A DNA stretch of 64,000 nucleotides, taken from contig JBHGNT010000001.1 in assembly GCA_043228905.1 (NCBI GenBank), forward strand, positions 11,284,001 through 11,348,000. Reading direction: 5' to 3'. Below, piece by piece: positions 10,454 through 21,940 of this stretch. Numbering within the stretch: position 1 is the stretch's first letter; every line of letters begins with the position of its first letter. The notes under the pieces were generated by a model. That model made no database searches, was not told the DNA's origin, and saw only the letters and a program-made list of their open reading frames with translations. Origin of the DNA: Azolla caroliniana (taxonomy: Eukaryota > Plantae > Polypodiophyta). Position numbers and translations under genes: made by a program.

Positions 10454-13400
10454 ATGGAAGGGACCCAGCATCATTATCAAACTTCACAAATGCAACAAAG
10501 AAGAAAACACCGCTCATCGAGTCGAGCTCCAAAATACCCATCTTTACATGCATTTAGACCATCTTCTCACAAACGTCTTTATGACCCACGAAGATGGCAT
10601 AAACACAAACACAGTGATAAAAAGAAGAGTTCCGATGGTTGTCAACCTCCGGCAGGATGGGTTCTGGTTTGGGCAGGACGTTTCAAGAGATGGAGGCGTA
10701 GATGGTTTGTGGCCCACTCTCCGGGACTTCTTCTTTACTATAAGAATTCGGATCAACTTGGTCGCCCTGGTTGCATTAACTTGCAGGTATTCTTCCTTGA
10801 AGAAATTGATTGTTATTCTGTATGTGATTTAATAATTGGAGGTCAATCAATCAAAATGGCAGTGTACCTTACCAAAGGTCTGATAAATACAACTCAAAGC
10901 TCACCGAATTCTGAGAATACAACAAAATGATATGTATTAAATTTATTATTGAGATTATGCTTTTTTTCAATGATCGGATTAATTCTCTTTAGAAAATTTG
11001 AATCTTAACCTTCACCATTTTTGCGAATCATTAATTAATGTCTGATAATTAAATTCTCTAAACAGTTGACAAGAAGAAGAAGAAAGCTTTTTTGTTTCTG
11101 TTTTGGCTTTGTTACTCCATTCTTGTGTGTAACATCTGTGTTTATGGCATTATTTTGTGGCATTCTGAGGTATTTGGTGAACTTGAGTGGCATTTTGGGA
11201 ACAAAATTAAACTGGAATGGCGTTTTTGTAATTTAACCATAATTTGGTATTCTCAATTTTGAATTGCATCTGATTGAGCTTCAATGTTCATTAGTGTGCA
11301 GAGGTAGGTCTCATAGCAGGAAAAGAGAGGCAGTTCAAGATCAGAAAAGGTTCCAGAGTTTTCCATTTCAGAACTCTGAACAAAGAGAACCGACAGGTAA
11401 AGACATTAAGCATAAGTACTATTCATATAGTACGTAGGACATTTCAGCCAATGCTTTAATTTTTTGGGGTGAGGTTAACAGCAGAGGAGTATCAGTCCAA
11501 GGAGTCTTTGTGCTAAGTAAATATATACTGGTGGACATTGTATGAATCCTTCATTTATCCTTTGAACTGATTTCAGGCGTGGCTAGAAACAATCAAAAGA
11601 TCAATTGATATATATGAAAAATCTCGGGAAATGGCTGGGATAAAGTCAAGCCCATTATTTGTGCAGCAAACTGTGCCACCTGTAAGCTGGCTTATGCTTA
11701 TGATATCCACTTCTCTGGCTTATGATACATATTATATTTAATGTATCTAACAGTCTTTGGTTTTGTTTGCTTAGTATCTAGCAAAAGAATGGAAAGAGCA
11801 AGAGAAAGAAGTCAACCTTAGGTTGGCTGAAAAAATGCAAGAACTAGAGCCAATGAAGCAAGGTAAACTAAAAGATATCTTATTTAAAAACTAGAAGAAC
11901 ATGGGCTAATGTTGATTTTCTTATTGACTGATATTTGCTTAACATTGTTCATCTACCTCTATAAAGGAACAATCTCCAAATTTTGCAGCCTTTTTACAGG
12001 AATTACAGACACTTCAACATTCACTTTCACTTGTTTCTGACGCTCTTGGATTCACATGCCAGTTAGACACCAACAAAGTGGTACCTACAACCCCCAGAGT
12101 AGATAGGGAAATTTCACCATTGAATCAGCATCAAATGAATATTGGGTATAGTTCAGAGGAAAGAACATCTCCAATGAATAATCTGCGTGGAAAGTTACCA
12201 CCTGCACACACATCCAAGAAAGCTGGAGAATGTTCCAATCAATTGTCTCTTGTGGCATCAATATTGGAGCCTACTTACACTGAAAAATCTAGGAATGTTT
12301 TGAATGAGCAGAAAGTGAAGGGTCAACAACATGAGAGTGTTGGACCTTCTAGGGTCGAAGAGCATGAGTTTCTAACAGAAAATGCAAATTGTATAGGAAT
12401 GGATATCTTTCGGCGTCGACGTGGCAGTTTGGATAAAGGACACTCATCTGATACAGAGATTTTGGATTCAAAGAAGTCAAATAGGCCACCTTTATATGCT
12501 CAAAAGACCACAAAAAAGAAACTCAAGTTTCAACCAGAGTCACCACTGAACATGTCTCCTTATCATCCTGAGAAAGAGATATTTCCAGTAGGCAGAAGCA
12601 GATCTCCTTTTAGTTCCCCTGGTGATCTTTTCGAGAAACAAATCGTTGTCACATCTATCCGTAATGGAGCCTCTCAGGAACTTAGTAAGAAAGAAGAGAT
12701 CAACTCTTTCAAGGAACAGCAAAATTTTAGAGCAACCTCAGATTCAACATGCCAAGGCATACCAGGAAGACTTCGTGTTGCTTGGAATGCAATGCAGGAT
12801 ACTTTCACAGAGGTATCTGATTGTTTATGGCATAATGGATGTTATATTGGGTTTAGAATTATTGGCATTCTTCAGGTAATGCTAACCAAACTGGTGATGG
12901 GTTTGGATATTAGATTTTGAAAGGAGAGATCCAGAGAGTGATTGAGTTAGAAGCAGAAAATGCAATCTTACAACAATCTTTGGCATCATTACCACAACTG
13001 CAGAAAGACCGAATAGACCTGTTAGATCTTAAACAGTCAATTCAGGTGATCATATAAACTCATATGTTCTCGAGTAATACAATGTATTCCCATGTAGATT
13101 CAAAAGCCTATGTTTACTGTCCTTTACAAACTGGGTTTCTAAGTGAACGATATTATTTTTAACATGAGAGACTGTTCTCGTGTTCAAGATGTTATAGGGC
13201 TGTATGGGATAAATTATATTAATGTTAGTTTTCCCTTTTTTAATGTTCATATTTTGATTTATCTGCAGTGCAGGAAACTATGAAAGAATATCATTGAAAA
13301 CGAGTAGGGCACATGGTAAACTTATTTCTATTGTAAAAACATTAAATGCACATACCAGGAATGAACAAACACCAGTGTTTGATCCTAATGAGGCCATGAA

Positions 13401-16400
13401 TAGAGGAATTTCCCTAGAAGAACACTTAAATAGAGATGCTGAGTATGTAGGAGAAGTAATAGGATATGGAAAATATATTTCTTGTTTTGGTTTGTACTCA
13501 TGGACTGGTAAATTACAATCGTTTATTCTAATGGACAAGATCAGAACCTATTTAGTGGGATTTCCATCTGCTATACTTGAAATGAGAGAGCTTACAAGAA
13601 TACTATTTTGTGTTGATCTAATTGATTGGCAGCAGACCTTGTATAACTATGATTTGCCTATGATAATAATCAAACTAGACATCCTAGATACCAATTCATT
13701 TAAGAGGCAATTGGTATACGTAAATCTCATTGCAAATTGGCCAATTAGTGTTGCATTTTTCGGTAACAAAGAAAAAATGATCTGAAGAATTTCTTGCAGA
13801 CAAAAGGTGAACATTTGTGAAGCTAACCAAATTTGATCAGATATTTTTTAATCAATCTTATCATCTATTGTAGTTGCGAAGAGACGGGGTATGCGAAAGT
13901 AATGATGTACATCGAGATATTAATGGTGAATATGAGTTTGACAACAATGATAATGATGACATGGAGGATGAAATCTCATTGGTTCACTCTGAGGTTTGAA
14001 ACCTTGATAATCTCAACTTTCTAATCTTCCTTTCATGGGTCTTGTAGTTGTTTCATCATGTTGGTTGTTTGAAATTGATTGTTCTTATGTCGAAGGATTA
14101 TTTTGAGGCTTTGGAAGTACTGAACCAACATGAATTTATAACGAAGGCAACATCCCCTGAAGAACTGGAGATTCTTGCTGAGCCAACTGAATTTTCTCAA
14201 GGTCCTCCGGAAGAAGGGGGTCTCTCTGAACCTGAAGACGAGGATGATGAGCAACAACCTCGAAATAGGTAAAAGTCCAATCTTATTAAGTCTTGTATCA
14301 CACAGTCTTTGTTGTGTCAAAGCTGTCTTACAACTTATATGAATCCATGATCTATATAAAGATAGAATAAGGTGGGATGTGATCTCACTGTAGGCTCTCC
14401 ACTTTTGAGGCCTAGATATATGGTGCACGCAGTGTTTCATGCTCACTGGATCATTACATTTTTTGAGTTTTGTAATTACTTCATAGATGTCCAAAACCTT
14501 TCCAAGGTGTTTATGCCTGCAGAGCTGGTAGTGGCACAGAATGTTCAATGGCTTTAGCTGTAGTTTCTCAACTTCTAAGCATATCTCTGTTATGTATCAA
14601 TGAAATTGGCAAAACGATTGTGTATGAATTAATCTGAAGGAAGTGTTGTTTGCATTGATATGATATCTATAAATTTAATAAAAAACTGAATTATTTTGTG
14701 GCAATTGATTTGTCGTCATGAAAATTGGATACCTTCACAGGCAAGCATGTAACTCCCAGTACAGGAGTCTGTTTTGTCACATACATGAACTTGACTAGAG
14801 TCAGAACTGGAGCTAGGGCTCAAAAAGATTATAGATTATGTTTTATTAATGTTAATAATATCTATTTTGCTTGTGAGTTTTCTTAAGACAACTTGACTAT
14901 GCACAGTGTACAATTTTTATAAATGATCCATTGTTACCATACGCTACGTACTCCCAGGCCTTTACCGAGAGGCTTTAAGCCTTTGGAATGTGTTGAAGAA
15001 TGCCATCAGAGCTTGACTATGCACATTGTATGATTTTTATAAATGATCCATTGTTTCCATAGGTTACCTGCTCCAAGGCCTTTATCAAGAGGCTTTAGCC
15101 TTTGGAGTGTCTTGAAGAATGCCATCGGAAAGGACTTGAATCGTATAACTATGCCTGCCACTATAAATGAGCCACTTTCAGTTCTTCAACGCTCTGCGGA
15201 GGAATTACATTTTAGGTGAGGAAGGAAATGTCTTACCATATCTCGAGATGATTACTCACATGTGTGTATATAGATATATAAGATCTATTTTCATCCCTCT
15301 ATTGCATTGAATTAGGCACTTGATCGACGAAGCCTCAAAATTCAATGATTCAATTGAGAGGCTGGCTTGGGTCTCTGCATATGCATGTGCAGTATATCAT
15401 GGGACACCGCATAGAGATGCAAAGCCTTTCAATCCATTATTGGGTGAAACTTATGAGTGGCAGGGGTTAGATGGTAAATCACACTTTATTGCAGAACAGG
15501 TGTGATACTCAATAGGGCCCATTTGTCATATGTAAGATGAAGAGAATTCTATCTTTAAAAGTTATAAATGGTTCAATTTCAATTTGCAGGTAAGCCATCA
15601 TCCACCTATATTGGCTTACCACTTTGAAAACATGCTTTATGGTTACACAATGTATGGAGAAGCAGAGATAAAGAACAAGTTCTGGGGCAAGAGTGTTGAG
15701 GTGATTATATTTAGTGCTGGTTTCTTGACTATATATAATGTATAAGGTGTATGTATGTATGCACGTATATTCTTAAATTTTCTATATGATTCATATTTTA
15801 TTTTTTATTTTTTATTTTTTGCAGGTTGTTCCTGCTGGTATTGTGCATTTACGTATGGCAAGGTTTGGAGATCACTTTACCTGGAGCAAAATAACTACCT
15901 GTATTCATAATGTTGTTGTTGGAAAACTATGGATCGACAATTATGGAGAAATTGTCATTAGAAATCATTCAACTGGTGATATTAGCCGAATCCGAATCCA
16001 TAAGGCAAGTGGCAAGGAGCAAGGTCAACTTAATGGAAAGGTAAAGCATTTTCAGAGGGTTTTTTTTTCACAATTTTTTAGAAGTGAGATATTGTAATTT
16101 GGAAAGTATTTCATTATTCCCACATGTTGTGTGCCTTTCAGGTATTTGATAAACTAGGGAATCCTCAATGTTCCATTCATGGAAACTATATGAAGGAAAT
16201 ATTTTTATGCCCAGAATCAACTTGGATCAGTAAAAAGAAGTATGGGCAGTCGAAATGCATATGGAAATGCCCTGATAAACCACAAGACTATGAGCAACAA
16301 TATTGCTTCTCTAGTTTTGCAATCACACTGAATGGTACAAGGAACAAAAGCCTGTTTTGCGATGCTCTTACTCATGTTAGCTATGCCCCTATTAGTAGAT

Positions 16401-17319
16401 GTATTATTAATTTGATGTTTTTATGCAAGGGCAATGTTGATCAAGTGGTTTTTGATCTTAAAGAGTAGGTTTTTCTCTATTTGATTTTTGACAGAGCTAA
16501 CACCAAAGCTGAGGGATAGTTTACCACCCACAGATTCTCGCTTCCGGCCTGACCAGCGTGCATTGGTATCAATATTCTTGACCTGTATGCTTTTGTATTT
16601 TCCCCATGTGCTAGTATGTCGAGGAAAGGTATGTTTTGAATCGATATTTATTTTCGTTGTGTTAACCTGGCAAGAAAAGGTGCCTTGAATTAAAGTGGCG
16701 TGACGTGTTAAAAGTGGTAAATGAGAAGATCTGAAGAAAATCTACTCTTTGTTTATCATGTGGTAAATGTGGCAAGGAAACATAGCCCTGGAAATTGATA
16801 TATTTATTGCCATCACGTGTTTATTGAAGTGGTAATAAAATTATGTGATGATTTCTATGTTTATTCTTGTTGTCAGGTGTTGACATGGTAATTTGAAGAT
16901 GTGTTGATTTTTATTTGTATGTTTTATTGCCATCTTTTTGTGTTAATAATATGGTGATGACATCAGGAGGATGGTGATTTGGAAAAGGCTACTCCCGAAA
17001 AGCTCCGCCTTGAAGAGAAGCAACGAGAAGCTCGACGACGACTCAAAGAAGAAAGGAGAGAATGGGAATGCATGTGGTTTGAGCCAGTGAGAACACATCA
17101 ATGCTGAATTTCCTCGAAAAGAGTAATGGGAAGAGAAAAGGTTCTATAACATGAATTTATTTCTGATGTGTTTTTCTTGTACAGAGAGTTGCTGGTGTGA
17201 CGCAAGTAAAGTGTACAGTCGACGACGGTGGCGATATAGAGCCCTCATGGGTGTATAATGGAAAGTATTGGAATATGCGTGGACAACGTGGTTGGGAAAT
17301 GTGTCCAGACATCATGTAA
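10454..17319 (+). CDS. Oxysterol-binding protein-related protein (PH + coiled region + FFAT-like + ORD), about 17 exons
   Basis: PH domain (GWVLVWAGRFKRWRRRWF...LLYY; AWLETI), FFAT-like SEDYFEALE, ORD motifs SLWSVLKNAIGKDL, KPFNPLLGETYE, EQVSHHPP, LPPTDSRFRPDQRALE, KLRLEEKQR, and C-terminal W..CPDIM*. Approximate GT-AG exons: 10454-10786, 11295-11396, 11577-11681, 11775-11861, 11989-12811, 12925-13046, 13268-~13463, 13873-13993, 14096-14268, 15063-15215, 15316-15499, 15590-15700, 15825-16040, 16142-16333, 16495-16565, 16967-~17091, ~17184-17319. Confidence 0.92.
14892..15128 (+). repeat. 120-bp tandem duplication of an intron end plus exon start; the upstream copy is a pseudo-exon
   Basis: 14892-15011 repeats 15012-15128. 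The upstream copy has CATAC instead of the CATAG acceptor and one extra base. Confidence 0.88.
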
Positions 17320-18484
17320 ATATATGGCTTGTGGAAATTTTCGTTTATGTTCACAGCATTTTGAAGAATACTGGTGAGTTCCAATATCTATACGTAAGGA
17401 CATGGTACAACATAGAAAATATCTTATGAGAATGCATTGATATGACAGCTTTAGTCCTAATAGTTTTGACCGAAAAACAGCTACTTTGGTGGTGAATTAT
17501 GTGTATATATATGGGAAACATTTATATTCATTTTTCCCAAAATATTCATTTTTGTTTATGTTTTTGGCATTGTTAAAAGCAATAAATTCTTTTGGCCAAA
17601 AACAGCACTTTTTGGCGGTGAATGCATCTGATGGACTCTTTCATTTTTGCTCAAAAGCTCTGGTTTTTACTCAAAAAAGAAGTCATTGATCTTGTGTTGT
17701 TCTCCATGTTTGTGCCAATACTGGGCAACATTACTACTATCAATTGTATGTTAAATGTAAAGTTTCTGTCAACGGTTCTTCTGTATTTTTATAATGCTCA
17801 ATTATTGTAATATACTGTAGTCTCTTGTATTTCCTTTGTGCAAGGAACTGGAAGGATTGATACGGTAGATGTTATAACGCTTACGATGCCTTGATAAAAC
17901 GTTGATTTATTTCTTTGATTTGCAGATGCAAAACCTTGTTCGCGATTATTGTAGTCAATATGCTTGTTACCAGTGATGTAATGCCTTACATTTCCTCACC
18001 CTCTTTAAGGGCTAGAATGTATTCCTGCCTTTTGAAGTGATATATTTCTTGCCTATTCAAAGATGTAAACTTAACATTCCTTTCTTGTGCTTGCTATTGA
18101 AACTTTTTACTGGTACTAATATAGGTATGGCATTGTTGATGTTCATTATTGTCTTGGAAAGATTCTTAGTATATATATTAAAAATTCATATTTGTTTTGT
18201 TAAGATTGTGATGTTACATAAATTTTTATGGGTTTCTTTTAGCTAAGATCTAAATATACCTTTTGCATATATATTTTAGAAGCTCATTTTCATTATTTAT
18301 TGATTTATATTTAAAGAATCTGGTATTCGTCCATAATGTGTAATGTGAATAGGCTGCTTCAATAAATGCTAATTTTGAATAATTATTGTGGTATTTTTAC
18401 ATGGCTTCATCTCCTTTGAACTAAACAGATTGAAGGTTCATTCTGGATCATGTAAGGGAGATAAAACCTAACATTGTAACACTT

Positions 18485-18665
18485 ACCTGATTTGGTGGTG
18501 ATGTTTCTTAGCCAAGGCATTCGAACACTACCTGATTTGGTGGTGATGTTTCTTAGCCAAGGCATTGTAACAATTACTGATTTGGTGTTGATGTTTCTTA
18601 GCCAAGACACGCTCACAAGAGATCTAATTATTGTAACATTGATTTGGCATTTATGTTTCTTAGGC
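18485..18665. repeat. Tandem repeat, about 45 bp x3-4
   Basis: Unit TGATTTGGTGGTGATGTTTCTTAGCCAAGGCATT... Confidence 0.85.
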
Positions 18666-18741
18666 AACACATGCTCACAAGATATCCATCTATATTATAA
18701 ATGGGTTTTAGAGGGTGTGTTTATATGATATTCACTGTATA

Positions 18742-18821
18742 TCCACATTGCCATTAAGTGCCACATGTCCAACCTTATAACTCCACATTGCCATTAAGTG
18801 CCACATGTCCAACCTTATAAC
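18742..18821. repeat. Exact 40-bp tandem duplication
   Basis: TCCACATTGCCATTAAGTGCCACATGTCCAACCTTATAAC x2. Confidence 0.92.
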
Positions 18822-19389
18822 TCGTGTACTCCCACACTCCATTCTTGAACTCCAAAGAAATTGTTACAATTGTCGTTGGTGGGTCGTTATCCTTAACTTG
18901 ATTTATCACTCATCTTTGCATTTTGATTGGATGTGTGCCACCTGATTGACCATCTCCACTCGTGTGGAGAACCACTCATGTTTGCATTTGCATGGTTTCT
19001 GTTGTGCTATGGCTACTTCCAAATGAAAGCCCATGACATGATACCAAAGGCAATGTGGTTTCCTCTATATTCCTAGTAAAATTACATATGCATAGACGAA
19101 AATCATATGTATACTTAATTATAAATTATGAGGCTTATCATTGCATAGATGAAAATCAAACGTATACCTCATAAATTTTAAGGCTTATCATTATTGTTAC
19201 AAATGCATTGGATATATTATATTATTACTTGGTGCAGTAATAAAATGCATGGGTTTTGCATCATCTCAAGTATTGAACATTCTTAATTTCAATAATCATT
19301 TGGCATCTCCTTAATGAGAAAACCATGCACAACTAAGGCTTTTTCATTATGCAAACTTCAATTTAGAACTAACACAATAGAGACTCAGA

Positions 19390-19506
19390 ATATTATTGGA
19401 TGTTTCACATCCAAAAAACCGGAGATGCAGACTCCTCGACAGCAACAGCATATTATTGGATGTTTCACATCCAAAAAATGGACATGTAGACTCCTCAACA
19501 GCAACT
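19390..19506. repeat. 60-bp tandem duplication, each unit containing a small hairpin
   Basis: Two units, each with TTGGATGT-TTC-ACATCCAA (8-bp stem). Confidence 0.85.
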
Positions 19507-19786
19507 TCTACTACTAGTTTACTCCATGAATCAATTTCCATTATGCAATGAGAGTTTTATGTACAAATCAAATTTACATTACAGGAGTTGAAATCTAATT
19601 CAAACTCGTTTGGGACAAGACAATAAATACATGCCAAAAGGGAACCTCTACAGATGGGTTATTTATATACAGCAATAACATAATGTGCATGTACACCTGC
19701 AAATGTGAGAATGCACGCAATAAATATTATCTGCAATGGGTTGGGTGTCTGTTTTCCAAATTTCCAAGTTGATGGTTTCCAATTTT

Positions 19787-21940
19787 CTAATGCAAATCCT
19801 CCTTTGCTAGAAGAGCCATGATTCCGCCTCCATGGACTCTTCGTTCCAATGATGGGAAGGAAAACATTGACATATCATTTGAAGGTGGTGATATTAACAA
19901 TGACGTTTCATTTGAAACCATATTGTGAGTGCTGTAGCTTCTATTACTCTTCTGGAGGAGAGGTTTGTGCACCAGAGGTAAATTCACCTTCTTGTTGGAG
20001 AAAGTCTTTGGAAGAGTCATTTTCTGATGCATTTGAATGGGGTTCAGATCAATGCCATTCGATGGTGGTATAACAGAATCAACAGCATCAAGCTTGTATT
20101 CTACTTTCTCACTATCACATTGCATAGAACTGGAATGTGAGGCAGAAAATTGGAATTCACTACCTTTTGATGATGATTCAGACTTGGATGGTTGATCTGA
20201 CACTCCATGACCCGAAAAAGATGCTGGCGTAGGCATTATATTGCAATATGTAGGAGGGTTCATACAACCACTTCTCTCAATAAGCTGCTGCATAAAGATG
20301 CTATGAGAAGCACAAACTCCTGATGATTTACTTCTAGCAAATTGATCCAAAAGTGCATTTTCATCACTATGAGCTTCATACACTGAGCCTTCTCTACACC
20401 AAAAGCATCTTTTCCCACCACCATGAGCTTTACAGAAATCTGTACTTCCTTGTGCACTTTTGTCACAATTGTCAAATTTGCAACGCTTTCCACCTCCATG
20501 CTTCACACAACAATCAGTTCTTCCCCTTGCACTTTTTGTACAACCGGGGACTGAACACCTTTTACCACCACCATGAGCGACACAAAATAAAGTGCCACCA
20601 TGAACACTTTTCGTGCACGTATTGCCACCAAAAGTGCATCTTTTTCCGCCACCATGAGCTTTGCAAAGCGACGTGCTTCCTTCTGCACCTTTTGTACAAC
20701 CTTCAAAAATGCATCTCTTACCACCACCATGTCCTTTACAAAACAAAGTGCTTCCTTGTGCACCTTTACTACAATCTGGAAATTGACATCTCCTTCCTCC
20801 ACCATGAGATATGCAGAGCCCTGATATGCCTTCAGCACTTTTAATACACCCTTCCCTCTGACATCGCTTGCCACCACCATGTCGGATGCATTTGCCAGTC
20901 TTTCCTCTGGCAGCTTTTGTACAACCTTCGTATCCACATCTATGACCTCCACCATGAGCAATGCAAAAGTCTGTCCGTCCTTCAGCACTTTTAAGGCATC
21001 CTAAGCTCTGGCATCGAGGACCACCACCATGAGTCTTGCAAAAGTTTGTTCGGCTCTCAGCACCTTTTGTACAATTAGGCCTCTGGCATCGCCTTCCTCC
21101 ACCATGTGTAATACAAAGACCCGATGTGCCTCTTGCACCAGTTTCACACCCAGGAAACTTACATGTCTTCTTAGACCGAACACCAATGCCAGATGATGGA
21201 GACAGTTCACTACTAACAAACGAGCTACTAGAACAAGATTTTATAGTGTTTGGTTCATCAGCTTTTTTCACCAACCTTTCTTCAGTTTCAGCTAGTGAGA
21301 ATTTTCCGTTGGGTTGAATTGGCCAAAGACCAACATCATGCGAACTAACTACATCATGATTCCTTCGCTTCATCCTCTTTGCAGCACTTGTGGAGCCTTC
21401 ATCTAACATAGCATTTACTTTCTGAGGTGTATTATGGATATTAAAGTCATTATACCACATTCCTGTCACACTATCTGAATCATCTGAAAATGAATTCCCA
21501 GCCAATCTCAGCTGTGAATACACAACTTCATTCTCTACACTAGAAAATGACAGTCTCTGGTTCCTAGAATTTGTAAAGCTTTTCAATCTGGATTCATTGA
21601 GAAAATCGGATTGTCCAGAAGGAATCAAGTTCAAATTTGTTGAAGAACGAGAATCATAACCTCGGTGCTCTGATAAGCCATGATGTTTAAATCCAAGGCT
21701 TAGCTCTATCGGCATGCAATCTTCATTTCTATTCACTTCCCATGACATACTACTATAAGTAAGCTCACTATGGACACTTTCAGCTGTAGTGCTCAAACCT
21801 AGGACTAGCTGAAGATCATCTCTGTCGATAAGTTTGCCACCATTTCCATTTTGGCCATTATCCTTTGAGTGATCAAAAGGGGACATAGATTCATCAATAC
21901 TTTCCCTAGTTGCCCATTGATGGGGTAGTGTAGGCTTCAT
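19787..21940 (-). CDS. WRKY19-like zinc-finger repeat protein (C-x4-C...C-x2-HGGG repeats; no WRKY domain), single coding exon
   Basis: Ten repeats such as RCQFPDCSKGAQGSTLFCKGHGGG plus a degenerate 11th, and the family-typical C-terminal ERRVHGGGIMALL. First in-frame ATG at 21940. A probable 5' UTR intron runs from about 22053 to 23037 (CAG|GTAAGG donor on the minus strand). Confidence 0.9.
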   Translation of the reverse strand: MKPTLPHQWATRESIDESMSPFDHSKDNGQNGNGGKLIDRDDLQLVLGLSTTAESVHSELTYSSMSWEVNRNEDCMPIELSLGFKHHGLSEHRGYDSRSSTNLNLIPSGQSDFLNESRLKSFTNSRNQRLSFSSVENEVVYSQLRLAGNSFSDDSDSVTGMWYNDFNIHNTPQKVNAMLDEGSTSAAKRMKRRNHDVVSSHDVGLWPIQPNGKFSLAETEERLVKKADEPNTIKSCSSSSFVSSELSPSSGIGVRSKKTCKFPGCETGARGTSGLCITHGGGRRCQRPNCTKGAESRTNFCKTHGGGPRCQSLGCLKSAEGRTDFCIAHGGGHRCGYEGCTKAARGKTGKCIRHGGGKRCQREGCIKSAEGISGLCISHGGGRRCQFPDCSKGAQGSTLFCKGHGGGKRCIFEGCTKGAEGSTSLCKAHGGGKRCTFGGNTCTKSVHGGTLFCVAHGGGKRCSVPGCTKSARGRTDCCVKHGGGKRCKFDNCDKSAQGSTDFCKAHGGGKRCFWCREGSVYEAHSDENALLDQFARSKSSGVCASHSIFMQQLIERSGCMNPPTYCNIMPTPASFSGHGVSDQPSKSESSSKGSEFQFSASHSSSMQCDSEKVEYKLDAVDSVIPPSNGIDLNPIQMHQKMTLPKTFSNKKVNLPLVHKPLLQKSNRSYSTHNMVSNETSLLISPPSNDMSMFSFPSLERRVHGGGIMALLAKEDLH

